A DNA stretch of 49,632 bases from a virus (lineage: Duplodnaviria > Caudoviricetes): the IMG/VR virus record IMGVR_UViG_3300017700_000437, positions 1 through 49,632 of that record; one strand, 5' to 3'. The translations under genes and the position numbers were made by a program. Shown in pieces: positions 8,670 through 16,799 of the stretch. Position 1 is the stretch's first letter; the number at the start of each line of letters is the position of its first letter. The notes under the pieces were generated by a model, which had not been told where the DNA came from, searched no databases, and was given only the letters and a program-made list of their open reading frames with translations.

Positions 8670-10071
8670 AATCGCCCTTGTTCCATCCAACTTTGCAATC
8701 ATATGGGATAGCGAGTTCGCGGCCGTTGGCCAATGGAACCCGCACGATGAGGTCGCGCATGATGCGCGGAATGATTTCGTCTTCGACTTCTTCGGGGTAC
8801 ATGAAGGTGATTGCGTCGTGGTCTTGGAACATGATGATGACGTAGTGTTGATTCCAGATGTTGAGCATTGCGCGGTTGACGATGTCGGCGAGGGAGCCTT
8901 GGGGGTCATATGCGATTGCTGCGCGGACTGTGTCGGGATCGGTGCGGCGGCCCCAGAACCAGCGCTTGCGGCCGGTGAGGTTGACGAGGAAGCCGCGGGT
9001 GGCGATTTGCTGGGCGACCCATTGCTGCCAAGCCTGATGCGCCGGGAACGCGCGGAAGTACACGGGCTGGAAAGCGGCAACGAGGTCGAAAGGAAGTCCA
9101 GTCTGTGTAGCGATGGTCGCAGGCATGCCGCCGTAGTTAGAGGCATGGCCCAGTTTCTTAGTAACCTGTCGGTGTGTGTGATGACGGTAGAACGGCGCAT
9201 CTTTGTTATCGGCTAGGGCTTTGTCTTGCTTAAGGTTTCCGGTCCAATTAAGATGCGGCCAGCAGAGGCGGGCGGCCGCTGTATGCGGGTCTCCAGTATC
9301 GCAGGCGTCAAGGTAGGTGGAGTCTCCAAAGATGTTCCACTCAATTGCACCCACAATGAAGGACTCTCCGGACTTGGCATCGCACTTGGCGAACTTGTAT
9401 CCCGGGTCACTAATAAATATCGACCGCAAGGACTCTTCGACATTCTGAAGGTTGCCCCCGGTGCCGAAAGCTGAGTAAGAAGAACTAAACCTTCCAGTGT
9501 CAGTACCAGCGATGTTATAGGTGGTTCGTATTTTGCCATCGGCGTCTATCTCCGTCTTGAGGACATTGATCTTCTTCGCGAGTTCCGAGATCAAGTTGAT
9601 ATGTTTGATGATCGGCCGGGCCACGGTGTATTCGTAGAGCTTGTCCCGGGCGCCGCGGTCGACGGTGACACGTCCGCGGAAGGTGATGGGTGGGATGCCG
9701 AGCTTGCCGTAGAACAGGGCTTGGAGGTCAGCGGATGAGCGCCAATTGAAACCGGCCATGCCGACGCCATCAAGCACAATCCGCGACAGGTTCCGCTCGA
9801 GGTGGTCGATCTTGTCGTAGAACTCATCGATGACCGCGGCTTTGCGATGCTGATCGACGAGGCATCCACGGAGCCCCATCTCCATGGCTGGGCCTTGCAG
9901 GGCGCGGCTGAAGTCGTAGGTGCGAGAGGTCTCAGGGCCAAGCTGCGGGTGGGTGGCGTCGAAGACCATCCGCGTCGCGAGCACGTCGGTGCCGTTGTAG
10001 ACTTGGTCGAGTTCCCATTGCGAGGTCATGTCCTCTGGGCGGGAGGTCGCGGTGTTAATGATCTTGGCCAC
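8557..10071 (-). CDS. polA: Family A DNA polymerase, polymerase part carrying the ExoIII motif at its N-terminus
   Basis: TDTGRFSS, NLQNV, motif A CDAKSGE, motif B RQVTKKLGHASNYG, motif C QDHDA; N-terminal YNGTD. Confidence 0.9.
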   Translation of the reverse strand: MAKIINTATSRPEDMTSQWELDQVYNGTDVLATRMVFDATHPQLGPETSRTYDFSRALQGPAMEMGLRGCLVDQHRKAAVIDEFYDKIDHLERNLSRIVLDGVGMAGFNWRSSADLQALFYGKLGIPPITFRGRVTVDRGARDKLYEYTVARPIIKHINLISELAKKINVLKTEIDADGKIRTTYNIAGTDTGRFSSSYSAFGTGGNLQNVEESLRSIFISDPGYKFAKCDAKSGESFIVGAIEWNIFGDSTYLDACDTGDPHTAAARLCWPHLNWTGNLKQDKALADNKDAPFYRHHTHRQVTKKLGHASNYGGMPATIATQTGLPFDLVAAFQPVYFRAFPAHQAWQQWVAQQIATRGFLVNLTGRKRWFWGRRTDPDTVRAAIAYDPQGSLADIVNRAMLNIWNQHYVIIMFQDHDAITFMYPEEVEDEIIPRIMRDLIVRVPLANGRELAIPYDCKVGWNKGDYDPIKNPEGLKDYTGSETRKRQAEVGLLDRPIRRAHR

Positions 10072-10075
10072 GCGA

Positions 10076-10261
10076 TCAATCCATTGGCACGGTTACTTCA
10101 CCGTGTACTGGGCAATGCCACATAGGTGTATGATGTAATTGAGCACAAGTACATTTGGCACCGAAGTCTTGAGCGCGGCCCATATGTCCACACTTATTGC
10201 AATCAATGCCATTGTTTGAATAACGACTAACGTTCTCTGATCCACACTCAGGACATTTCAT
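10076..10261 (-). CDS. Small zinc-ribbon protein
   Basis: CPEC..CNKC..CTC..CPVH. ATGA-coupled to the upstream gene. Visibly more AT-rich than its flanks. Confidence 0.7.
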   Translation of the reverse strand: MKCPECGSENVSRYSNNGIDCNKCGHMGRAQDFGAKCTCAQLHHTPMWHCPVHGEVTVPMD

Positions 10262-11364
10262 TTGTCTCTCCCAATCGTTTCATTCACCTTCCGCTCACTC
10301 TTCCACGGGCCCCAGTCGGTATAGATCGACCCAAGGTAGCCTAGGCCTTTGAGGGACTCGGGCTGGAGGGCATGGTGCAGGAGCATGGTGTCGTGGGCGG
10401 CTCCATAGACTCGGATACCGTAGCTTCGAAGGAGGAAGGCGATGTCGTACATTCCGTTTTGGAATAGTTTCCGAATTCTGCGGTCCACCAATATGCTGCT
10501 GACCAATCGCCAAGCTGCGGCCTCAATCTCTCGAGTCGGCCAATAGCTTCCTCCCTTTGCTCGCGGGTCATCGAAAGGAATAACGATTGCATGGCTGGCA
10601 CTTGGTGCAAACCCAATGCAAGTGATACGTGATCCAGTCGTTTCAATGTCGACAGAAAGAAGATCACATCCGCGGATGAAACGTTCGACGAATTCATTGA
10701 TGTCCTCCAAGGTGGGTTCGATCCAAATCTCACACGCGGGGCGGCGGATTTCGGGGTACTCCGCTTCGCGCTTGGCTTTGATCAGGTCGATGACAGTGGT
10801 GGGGCGGTTCTCCCATTGTCGGAAGAGCGAAGCTGGGTGATAAGTAGGTAGGAGTTTGTAGCCTGTAACGCAGTGAGTAGTAAGGTGAGTAGTGCCACGA
10901 AGTTTGCCGATGCCAGTCCGACCGCATAGAGCCCAAAGAGCAGTGTTGCCCAGAGCAAGGATGAGATTAGGATCAATGCGAAGTATTTCGTCAGCCAGCC
11001 GATCAAGTTCGGGTTCAAACTCTCGGCGGACGTACTTGGCTGGGAGGAGAGCAGGGTAGCTGGGGATGCCTCCAGCTTTATCTCCACAAAACCATTCAAG
11101 CCTGTTGGCAGGTGGGTGAATTTGAAATACATTCGTCCTGAGGACCTCAGGATGAAGTTTCCAGATTGTGTCAATGCTTCGCGGATCGCCTCGCCGGTAG
11201 TAATCCCCGATAAGGCCTTTGTCGTTTCCAGAGAGGGTGATGATGCCTGATTCATTGAGTAACCTCAAGAGTTCCACGCCGCTGGCGCCGACGAAGCTGG
11301 AGTTGATCCGGTGCTCCTCGGCGCCTTTGGCTTCGCCGACGATTAGGATGGGTTTATTCGACAT
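10258..11364 (-). CDS. Uracil-DNA glycosylase (family 4-like) fused to a partial 3'-5' exonuclease: N-terminal piece of the split polymerase
   Basis: UDG motifs VGEAKG..FVGASG, TNV..HPPANR, ILALGN, PTYHPA, followed by ExoI SVDIET, ExoII QNGMYD and HDTMLLHH. Confidence 0.85.
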   Translation of the reverse strand: MSNKPILIVGEAKGAEEHRINSSFVGASGVELLRLLNESGIITLSGNDKGLIGDYYRRGDPRSIDTIWKLHPEVLRTNVFQIHPPANRLEWFCGDKAGGIPSYPALLPAKYVRREFEPELDRLADEILRIDPNLILALGNTALWALCGRTGIGKLRGTTHLTTHCVTGYKLLPTYHPASLFRQWENRPTTVIDLIKAKREAEYPEIRRPACEIWIEPTLEDINEFVERFIRGCDLLSVDIETTGSRITCIGFAPSASHAIVIPFDDPRAKGGSYWPTREIEAAAWRLVSSILVDRRIRKLFQNGMYDIAFLLRSYGIRVYGAAHDTMLLHHALQPESLKGLGYLGSIYTDWGPWKSERKVNETIGRDK

Positions 11365-11518
11365 CGTCATATTCGGTTGGGTTAAAGTCGCTGCCGAAGT
11401 ATCGATCACAGGCGCGGTAGAGATCAGCATTGTTCTCACGGCCTTGAAATTTGTGCCAAGCCTTGGCTGCTTCAATCAGTTGCTTAAAGGCTTCGGGTGA
11501 TTGATCTGACTTAGACAT
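11354..11518 (-). CDS. Hypothetical protein (54 aa)
   Basis: MSKSDQSPEAFKQ...; overlaps both neighbours in a coupled arrangement. Confidence 0.55.
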   Translation of the reverse strand: MSKSDQSPEAFKQLIEAAKAWHKFQGRENNADLYRACDRYFGSDFNPTEYDDVE

Positions 11519-11882
11519 CGGGCTGATGCTTCGCGAGGGTCTCGGCAAGGCGGGCATAGCCGACTACATCCTCCCAATGCTGAAGCTCAAGGGCTTTGCC
11601 ACTGAGGATGCGGGAGAACTTGAGAGCAATCATATCCATAGCCTCGCGCTCGGTGTCGGTCAAGAGTTCCCAGCCGGGTTCGGCGCGGTAGGTGCGCTTA
11701 AGGGCCTGACTAATACGTGCATTGTCGCCGAAGTCTCCATGAGTCTTGTTACGCTCGACAAGTAGGTCTGTCTCACGAATGGGCTCAGCAGTCTTGGGTG
11801 CGTAATCAGCCACTTGTTCCTCCAAGTCTGGTGCAGCAATTGATGCCATGTCGAGTAGTCTACGAAAGTCGGTGCTTGCCAT
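11511..11882 (-). CDS. DUF6378-like protein
   Basis: Pattern ERNKTHGDF...MIALKFSRIL...HWEDVVGYARL; SD GAGG. Confidence 0.6.
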   Translation of the reverse strand: MASTDFRRLLDMASIAAPDLEEQVADYAPKTAEPIRETDLLVERNKTHGDFGDNARISQALKRTYRAEPGWELLTDTEREAMDMIALKFSRILSGKALELQHWEDVVGYARLAETLAKHQPDV

Positions 11883-11893
11883 GGTGCGTCCTC

Positions 11894-11926
11894 AAGAAAG
11901 GTGCCGGGGGCATTTGCGCCCCCGGC
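11894..11926 (-). terminator. Intrinsic terminator / attenuator hairpin
   Basis: Minus strand reads GCCGGGGGC-GCAAAT-GCCCCCGGC followed by ACCTTTCTT. Confidence 0.65.
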
Positions 11927-11942
11927 GAGGTTAGGGAGGTGG

Positions 11943-12155
11943 TTAGATCGGCTCGAAGTTGTCAGTGAAGTACTGAGCAGCTACGAGCCACTGGTCGCGA
12001 TGGTCCTTCGGATTCTGGGCGATCATGTCACCCTCCTTTGGGGAACCAGCCTGTTGGTCAATGACTGACACGGATACCAAACGCATATCGAAGTCTGGTG
12101 TCCATGGCGCCATCTCGGCAATCTGAGTTCTGCGATATTGTTTGAACTCAGGCAT
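11943..12155 (-). CDS. Small phage protein with GDMIA..QWLV..YF.DNFE motif
   Basis: 70 aa, coupled to the SSB-like gene. Confidence 0.7.
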   Translation of the reverse strand: MPEFKQYRRTQIAEMAPWTPDFDMRLVSVSVIDQQAGSPKEGDMIAQNPKDHRDQWLVAAQYFTDNFEPI

Positions 12156-12628
12156 CAGTCGGCCTTCATAATCCGCTTGACCTCAGCGAAAATCTGATCG
12201 CTGCCATCAGGCGTACGGTGGAAGACCACCACGTTGATCGAGCAGTTCGGGGTCTCGTCGAGGGCGGCGCGGACCGTCTTCTGGTCGAGTTCGATGCCCA
12301 TGGCTTCGAGGGCATCGGTCAGGCGGAAGAGCGAGTCGGGAGTGGTGTAGTACGTGTCCTTGATCGACTTCTCGCCGATGGGGGTGACGACACCCTCGGC
12401 GTTGGTCAGCACCGCTTCGAGTTCGGCCTCGTCCACGTCGTCGAAGGCACCAGTGAGGACGTAGGTGAAGCGGACGAAGGGTGTCTTCTTCTGTGCGCTC
12501 ACGCCGTGCTCGGGCATGCCCTTGACGATGGCGGAGTAGGTGCCGGCCGGAAGGGGCTTCGGGCGTTCGACCTTATCGGCCGGGGTGTCGAGGATGGATT
12601 CGAAGGAGGTGGAGGGTTCTTTTGCCAT
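12155..12628 (-). CDS. DUF669-like single-stranded DNA-binding protein
   Basis: PKPLPAGTYSAIVK...KKTPFVRF...FAEVKRI, downstream of a Sak4-like ATPase. Start reassigned to 12628. Confidence 0.65.
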   Translation of the reverse strand: MAKEPSTSFESILDTPADKVERPKPLPAGTYSAIVKGMPEHGVSAQKKTPFVRFTYVLTGAFDDVDEAELEAVLTNAEGVVTPIGEKSIKDTYYTTPDSLFRLTDALEAMGIELDQKTVRAALDETPNCSINVVVFHRTPDGSDQIFAEVKRIMKAD

Positions 12629-12665
12629 GTGTGTGGTGTGCTTTCGTTGGGTTGGTTGGTTGAGG

Positions 12666-12887
12666 TTAGGTACGCGGAGAGCCATCAGCCTGACGCGTGA
12701 TGGCGATGTTCGCCCACATCGCGACTTCACGATGCTTGCGAAGGGCATAGGTCTTGTCAGGACCATCGGGGACATGCGCGTCAATGAGGCGCGCATACTC
12801 AAGCCCCGCATCACGCACGATCTGCATCGTGGCGATCTGTTCGTCGGTGGGCTTGAGGTATTCGAAGGTTGAGGGATGTAATGACAT
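12666..12887 (-). CDS. Acb2/Tad1-like helical hairpin protein, candidate immune-signal sponge
   Basis: Pattern FEYLKPTDEQ...IVR...PDGPDKTYALRKHREVAMWANIAITR. Confidence 0.55.
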   Translation of the reverse strand: MSLHPSTFEYLKPTDEQIATMQIVRDAGLEYARLIDAHVPDGPDKTYALRKHREVAMWANIAITRQADGSPRT

Positions 12888-13726
12888 TATATCCTCTTCA
12901 ATGTGAGAGCCTTGAGCTTAGCCACGGCTGTGGCTTCCTTCGCAGGCGGCTCCCGAAGGACTGCGAAGAAATCGGCGAGGCCGGTTGAGAGGTCATAGGT
13001 GTTGGCCATCTCAAAGGGCTTGGTGTTCTTGAGGTCGAACATCGAGGTCGCGGCGGTTTGGATCGTGCGCTTGCCAGCTTTGTTGGTGCACTGGGCCCAG
13101 TGGTTGAAGTACCGCGGGATCGTGGGGCCCAAGGCGCTGCCAATGGCATTGGGGTAGCCCTTCTTGGTGCCATCGGGGTTGTCGGTGTAGCGGACGTGCG
13201 CGGAGACGATCACGTTAGTGCGGAAGGACGCAGAGGTCAGAAGTGCCAATGCACTCTCAACGGCTTGCTGCGCGGAGTAGAACCATTGGCGGGGGTCCTT
13301 GGCGCTGGGGTTCATACTCTCAGCCCAATCGAATGCGGCGTCGGAGAAGAAGCTGAGGCTGTCGAGAACGAAGATCACGTCTGGGCCCCAATCACAGGGC
13401 TTGCCAAGATCGACGTCGTCGTATTTCCAATGGTCGAGCATTTTCATGGCGTTGACGAAGGCCTTGGGTTTGGAGACCTTGGGGCCCGCGGCGCCGGTGG
13501 TGTAGTTGTCGCGAAGGGTGCAGAACTCGACGTTGTCCACAAGCGTTGGGCACTCCTTCATGACGAAGGTCTTAAGTGGATCAAGGCCGTTGTCCATGTC
13601 GAGGATGCGGAGCTTGTAGCCAGCTTTGACCAGCGAAGCTAGGGCGCCAGACTTGCCGCTGCCGCTGTCGCCAGTGAGGAGTAGCTTGGTGAATTCGTTT
13701 GATTGGTGGTCGGAGAGCTTAGTCAT
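12887..13726 (-). CDS. Sak4/AAA_24-like ATPase (single-strand annealing recombinase)
   Basis: KLLLTGDSGSGKS Walker A, ILDMDNG, FVLDSLS, IVSAH, PRYFN. Flanked by the exonuclease and SSB genes. Confidence 0.75.
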   Translation of the reverse strand: MTKLSDHQSNEFTKLLLTGDSGSGKSGALASLVKAGYKLRILDMDNGLDPLKTFVMKECPTLVDNVEFCTLRDNYTTGAAGPKVSKPKAFVNAMKMLDHWKYDDVDLGKPCDWGPDVIFVLDSLSFFSDAAFDWAESMNPSAKDPRQWFYSAQQAVESALALLTSASFRTNVIVSAHVRYTDNPDGTKKGYPNAIGSALGPTIPRYFNHWAQCTNKAGKRTIQTAATSMFDLKNTKPFEMANTYDLSTGLADFFAVLREPPAKEATAVAKLKALTLKRI

Positions 13727-13929
13727 CAGGACCTCGTATGAATTGCTTGAGCGAGTGGGTTTACAATCTGTTGAAGCCAGCGTTTGTCACGCATTAGTTC
13801 TTCATTTGAGGCCTTGAGGATAGCGTTCTCGCCTCGCATGCGCTCGGTAGCACGAGCCTCACCTTCACGGAGTTCACGCAGGGTTGCGATTTGAGCTTCC
13901 AAATCTTTAATAGTCGGGCGTCGGGACAT
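13726..13929 (-). CDS. Hypothetical coiled-coil protein
   Basis: 67 aa, SD AGGAG, tight packing. Confidence 0.65.
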   Translation of the reverse strand: MSRRPTIKDLEAQIATLRELREGEARATERMRGENAILKASNEELMRDKRWLQQIVNPLAQAIHTRS

Positions 13930-13931
13930 AG

Positions 13932-15020
13932 TTACTCTCCTTTTCGTTCAAAGAACGGATTGTTGTACGTCTCAATCGGGTCGAGCTTGTCGAACGTCGC
14001 CTTCAAGTAGGCCTCACGGACCTGCGGCGATCGGGAGCAAACTTCACGGAACTTACAACCCCCGAACTTATCGCACGCTGTGTCGTTTTGAGGCCAGTAA
14101 TTATTGGTTGCATAGAGTTCGGCGGCATGAAGCCAGTGGCGGAGATCGACGAGCCATTCGTCAAGCTGATCGTCAGTTCGATAAGTGAAACCCCGTTGGA
14201 AAGCGTTTGGCTTCTCAAGAAGCACTTGTGCGGCATCGATGATTACTCCCTTGATGGGCGAGTTGAGCATGATCTTCCCGGCGAGGGTGTAGAGGGACAT
14301 TTGGTTCGACGGGGAGAACTGGTTGAAGTAGTACGACGAGAGCGTCGAGATGGAGGTCTTACGATCCATGACGTAGAGGCCATCGGCGAAGTTGACGACG
14401 CGATCGAGGTGGCCGCAGAGGAGGTAGGGCTGATTGTAGATTTCACGAACACCATCGGGGCTGTCGGGATCGTCTAAGGCGTCCTTGTTGAATTGAAGCT
14501 CAGGTCCCCAATCAAGCTCGAACCGGAAGGCCAATTCCACCGCGGCGGTGCCATCATCGAGCATGAAGGTCTCCGCTGGGTCCTCGCGGAAGTTGTCTAG
14601 ATAATCGATGACCAAGCCAATAATGGTTTCACGGTTCTTGTACTTCCCCGCACGTGTGTTACGATCAGGAAGCCAATCATGAACCCGAGAATGAAGTAGA
14701 CGAACAGTTTCGCGGATCGCGGATTCATGATCGACTCCATTGGCGCGGGCGGTGGCGTAGTCTTGGAGGGCCGAGTGGTATTCGATGCCGAAGCGTAGAT
14801 GGATGGACTCGTCGCGGATGCCCCAACCCTCGATGACGATGTACTGGTAGAGCCGCGGGCAGGTCTTGAGGAGGCCGAGGCAGGTGCTGTTCCATGCGTA
14901 TTGGATGGAAGTGCCTGGGAGGAAGGGGGACTTGGTTTCGGCTGGGGCTGCCTCAGGGTTCGGTTCGAAGTCGGCCTCGAATTCCCGTTCAGCCTGAATG
15001 TTCTCAGCGGTGGTTGTCAT
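13932..15020 (-). CDS. PD-(D/E)XK exonuclease (Cas4/AddB-like, probable Fe-S cluster)
   Basis: CPRLY, FGIEYH, ELAF, GHLDRVV..MDRKT, QMSLY and a C-terminal CDKFGGCKFREVC. Confidence 0.8.
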   Translation of the reverse strand: MTTTAENIQAEREFEADFEPNPEAAPAETKSPFLPGTSIQYAWNSTCLGLLKTCPRLYQYIVIEGWGIRDESIHLRFGIEYHSALQDYATARANGVDHESAIRETVRLLHSRVHDWLPDRNTRAGKYKNRETIIGLVIDYLDNFREDPAETFMLDDGTAAVELAFRFELDWGPELQFNKDALDDPDSPDGVREIYNQPYLLCGHLDRVVNFADGLYVMDRKTSISTLSSYYFNQFSPSNQMSLYTLAGKIMLNSPIKGVIIDAAQVLLEKPNAFQRGFTYRTDDQLDEWLVDLRHWLHAAELYATNNYWPQNDTACDKFGGCKFREVCSRSPQVREAYLKATFDKLDPIETYNNPFFERKGE

Positions 15021-15322
15021 CACAGCCTCCTAAACCCGGCGCCACCGGAAGTCTTGGGTGCTGGAGTGATGGTGCCAGCGGGCTTGATCAACCCGAGTGC
15101 CGCGAGATCGATCGGCTTGGCGTTGTCGTGTTCAATGAGGTCGGTGCGCTTCCCACGACCCTTTGGGGCTTCCTCACGCTTGGCGCGGAGGTTGCGGTGG
15201 TAGGCGATGATGGAGTCGATGTTGTCCTTGGACATCTCGAGGGGGTCGAGGTCCATGAGGGCGTCGAGTTCGGATGGTGGCGGCGGTGGCTTGGCGAGTG
15301 CGTCGAGGATGGAGTCAGTCAT
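15020..15322 (-). CDS. Hypothetical protein
   Basis: Coupled ORF ending DLAALGLIKP...GFRRL. Confidence 0.7.
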   Translation of the reverse strand: MTDSILDALAKPPPPPSELDALMDLDPLEMSKDNIDSIIAYHRNLRAKREEAPKGRGKRTDLIEHDNAKPIDLAALGLIKPAGTITPAPKTSGGAGFRRL

Positions 15323-15557
15323 AATCAGGGCGTCCATCTTGTGAGGAGTTAAAGTCTTCGGCGAGGTCGGCGACGGTACGCGGAGTTTGTCGATTGAATT
15401 GCTGTGCGCCATTGCGCTTGGCGACTTCGTGATGTAGCATCTGCCTCAGGCGCTCGGTCCAGCCATGGCCATATTCACGTTCCATCCACTGACAGTCGGC
15501 TTCGTACAAGTTCAATGTGATCTTTCTTAAAGGCTCGTCAGAGCGGACTGGCATCAC
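15315..15557 (-). CDS. Hypothetical protein, possibly ribbon-helix-helix
   Basis: KITLNLYEAD..WMEREYG..WTERLRQML suggests a strand followed by two helices. Confidence 0.6.
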   Translation of the reverse strand: MMPVRSDEPLRKITLNLYEADCQWMEREYGHGWTERLRQMLHHEVAKRNGAQQFNRQTPRTVADLAEDFNSSQDGRPDYD

Positions 15558-15799
15558 GCACCCTCCCCAAGCTCAACTTCCTTCTTACAGACCCAGACCT
15601 CGTCGGTGTGGTCGCCGGCGGGGAGGAACATGATTAGCTCGTCGTAGCGTGGGTCATTGGCGAGCTTCTTGGCTTCGTATAGGGTATTGCGGAAGACGTT
15701 GCGATCGATGCCGGAGACGCGGAAGCCAATGCCGATTTCGGTTTCGAGGGCTCGATCGAGGAGCGGGAGCCATGTGGTGGGGTTAGGACGGGCCATCAT
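15554..15799 (-). CDS. Hypothetical protein
   Basis: Coupled ORF of ~81 aa. Confidence 0.65.
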   Translation of the reverse strand: MMARPNPTTWLPLLDRALETEIGIGFRVSGIDRNVFRNTLYEAKKLANDPRYDELIMFLPAGDHTDEVWVCKKEVELGEGA

Positions 15800-15963
15800 C
15801 AATCCCTTTCACACTTGCCTTCACGGAAGTCCTTGGCCCATTGCAGTTCGCTACGGACCCAACCATCGCGCTGTTTACGATACATGGCTTCCCGTTCTTC
15901 GGGTGTCATTGCGTCAACGGTCAATTTGGCCTTGTGAAGTAGCTCGGTGAGTTCAGGTGACAT
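15799..15963 (-). CDS. Hypothetical protein (54 aa, below ORF-track threshold)
   Basis: Hand-translated MSPELTELLHKAKLTVDAMTPEEREAMYRKQRDGWVRSEL...; SD GAGG; fills the gap exactly. Confidence 0.6.
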   Translation of the reverse strand: MSPELTELLHKAKLTVDAMTPEEREAMYRKQRDGWVRSELQWAKDFREGKCERD

Positions 15964-16351
15964 TTGATTTATCCTCAATGGCGTGGACTTCGTAGGCTTC
16001 GGTATCGGTGGGATTGGCGTCGATGAGGTCTGGGGTGTCGCTGAGACCTTCGATGACCATGTCCTCGGCGGCGCGGGGCTGGACGTAGACCCACCAGTTT
16101 TTGTCCTCGTCGGGGATCAGGCGCACGACATAGGGGTCGTAGGTGCTGACGCCGTGTTGAGGGTGATCCGCGGGGTAGGTCTTCGCGTTCGCCTTACGGT
16201 CGAGGTTGCGGAAGTAATGCATGCGCGTGCGCATGTTGACGCATTGTTCCCAAGTGCCGATGAGGGCTCGGGCACCCTTGGGGTCTGCGAGAGCCGCTTC
16301 GAAGAGCTTCTCGCAGTCGGTGTAGGCGCGGAGGGAGTTGATCTGGCTCAC
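15953..16351 (-). CDS. Hypothetical protein
   Basis: 132 aa, GTGA coupling, SD GAGGAGG. Confidence 0.7.
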   Translation of the reverse strand: MSQINSLRAYTDCEKLFEAALADPKGARALIGTWEQCVNMRTRMHYFRNLDRKANAKTYPADHPQHGVSTYDPYVVRLIPDEDKNWWVYVQPRAAEDMVIEGLSDTPDLIDANPTDTEAYEVHAIEDKSNVT

Positions 16352-16539
16352 GCGGAGACCTCCTCAAAGCGCCCATCAAAGAATTCGTCATAAGGGCGAA
16401 CGTAAGTGGCACAGCCTGCTATTGGGCAGTAAACAACCATCCTGCGGTTGTCGTGTTTTTCATCCTCCATTTGCAACACTGCATTATCGTGCAAGATGCT
16501 GTAGAGGGTGCCACGTTTCTTGTGCCTATATGTTGTCAT
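16348..16539 (-). CDS. DUF1653-like protein
   Basis: Pattern YRHKKRGTLY...MVVY...YVRPYDEF..RFE. Confidence 0.7.
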   Translation of the reverse strand: MTTYRHKKRGTLYSILHDNAVLQMEDEKHDNRRMVVYCPIAGCATYVRPYDEFFDGRFEEVSA

Positions 16540-16545
16540 GTTTTG

Positions 16546-16758
16546 TCATTCCATGGAAGTTTGGGGAGACTGGGCTTCTGGCGCCGAGTTGAGTGCTTCG
16601 CCTTCCCGGACTCCAGAGTTTGGTTGTGGGCTAACTGCGCCCGCATCTTGTGCTGCCAAGAGTTCCGCTTTGCGCGCTTTGGATCGGAGGCGGTGGAGTT
16701 GGCGACTGCGGGCGTTGTGGGCCCTGCGGGCTGGTGTGGCATTACGGGACCTCGTCAT
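16546..16758 (-). CDS. Hypothetical basic protein
   Basis: First ATG downstream of the 16771-16799 promoter. Confidence 0.45.
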   Translation of the reverse strand: MTRSRNATPARRAHNARSRQLHRLRSKARKAELLAAQDAGAVSPQPNSGVREGEALNSAPEAQSPQTSME

Positions 16759-16770
16759 GATTATGGTACC

Positions 16771-16799
16771 ATTCTACCAGAGAATGCTAGAAGAGTCAA
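16771..16799 (-). promoter_or_regulatory. sigma70-type promoter
   Basis: TTGACT-N17-TAGAAT, overlapping the 3' end of the helicase gene. Confidence 0.7.

Noticed and set aside
8670-9200. 588-aa version of the DUF3987-like ORF, or a polA-ATPase frameshift fusion
   Set aside because: The extension is Ser/Pro-rich shadow-frame sequence inside polA. There is no recognisable domain, and open alternative frames are common in GC-rich DNA.
10072-10257. Group I/II intron or intein interrupting the polymerase
   Set aside because: The gap is short and fully occupied by a coupled zinc-ribbon ORF. I saw no intron core or intein motifs, though splicing is not formally excluded.
13932-15020. CRISPR-Cas locus suggested by the Cas4-like nuclease
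   Set aside because: No repeat-spacer array or other cas genes were seen; the context is a recombination module.
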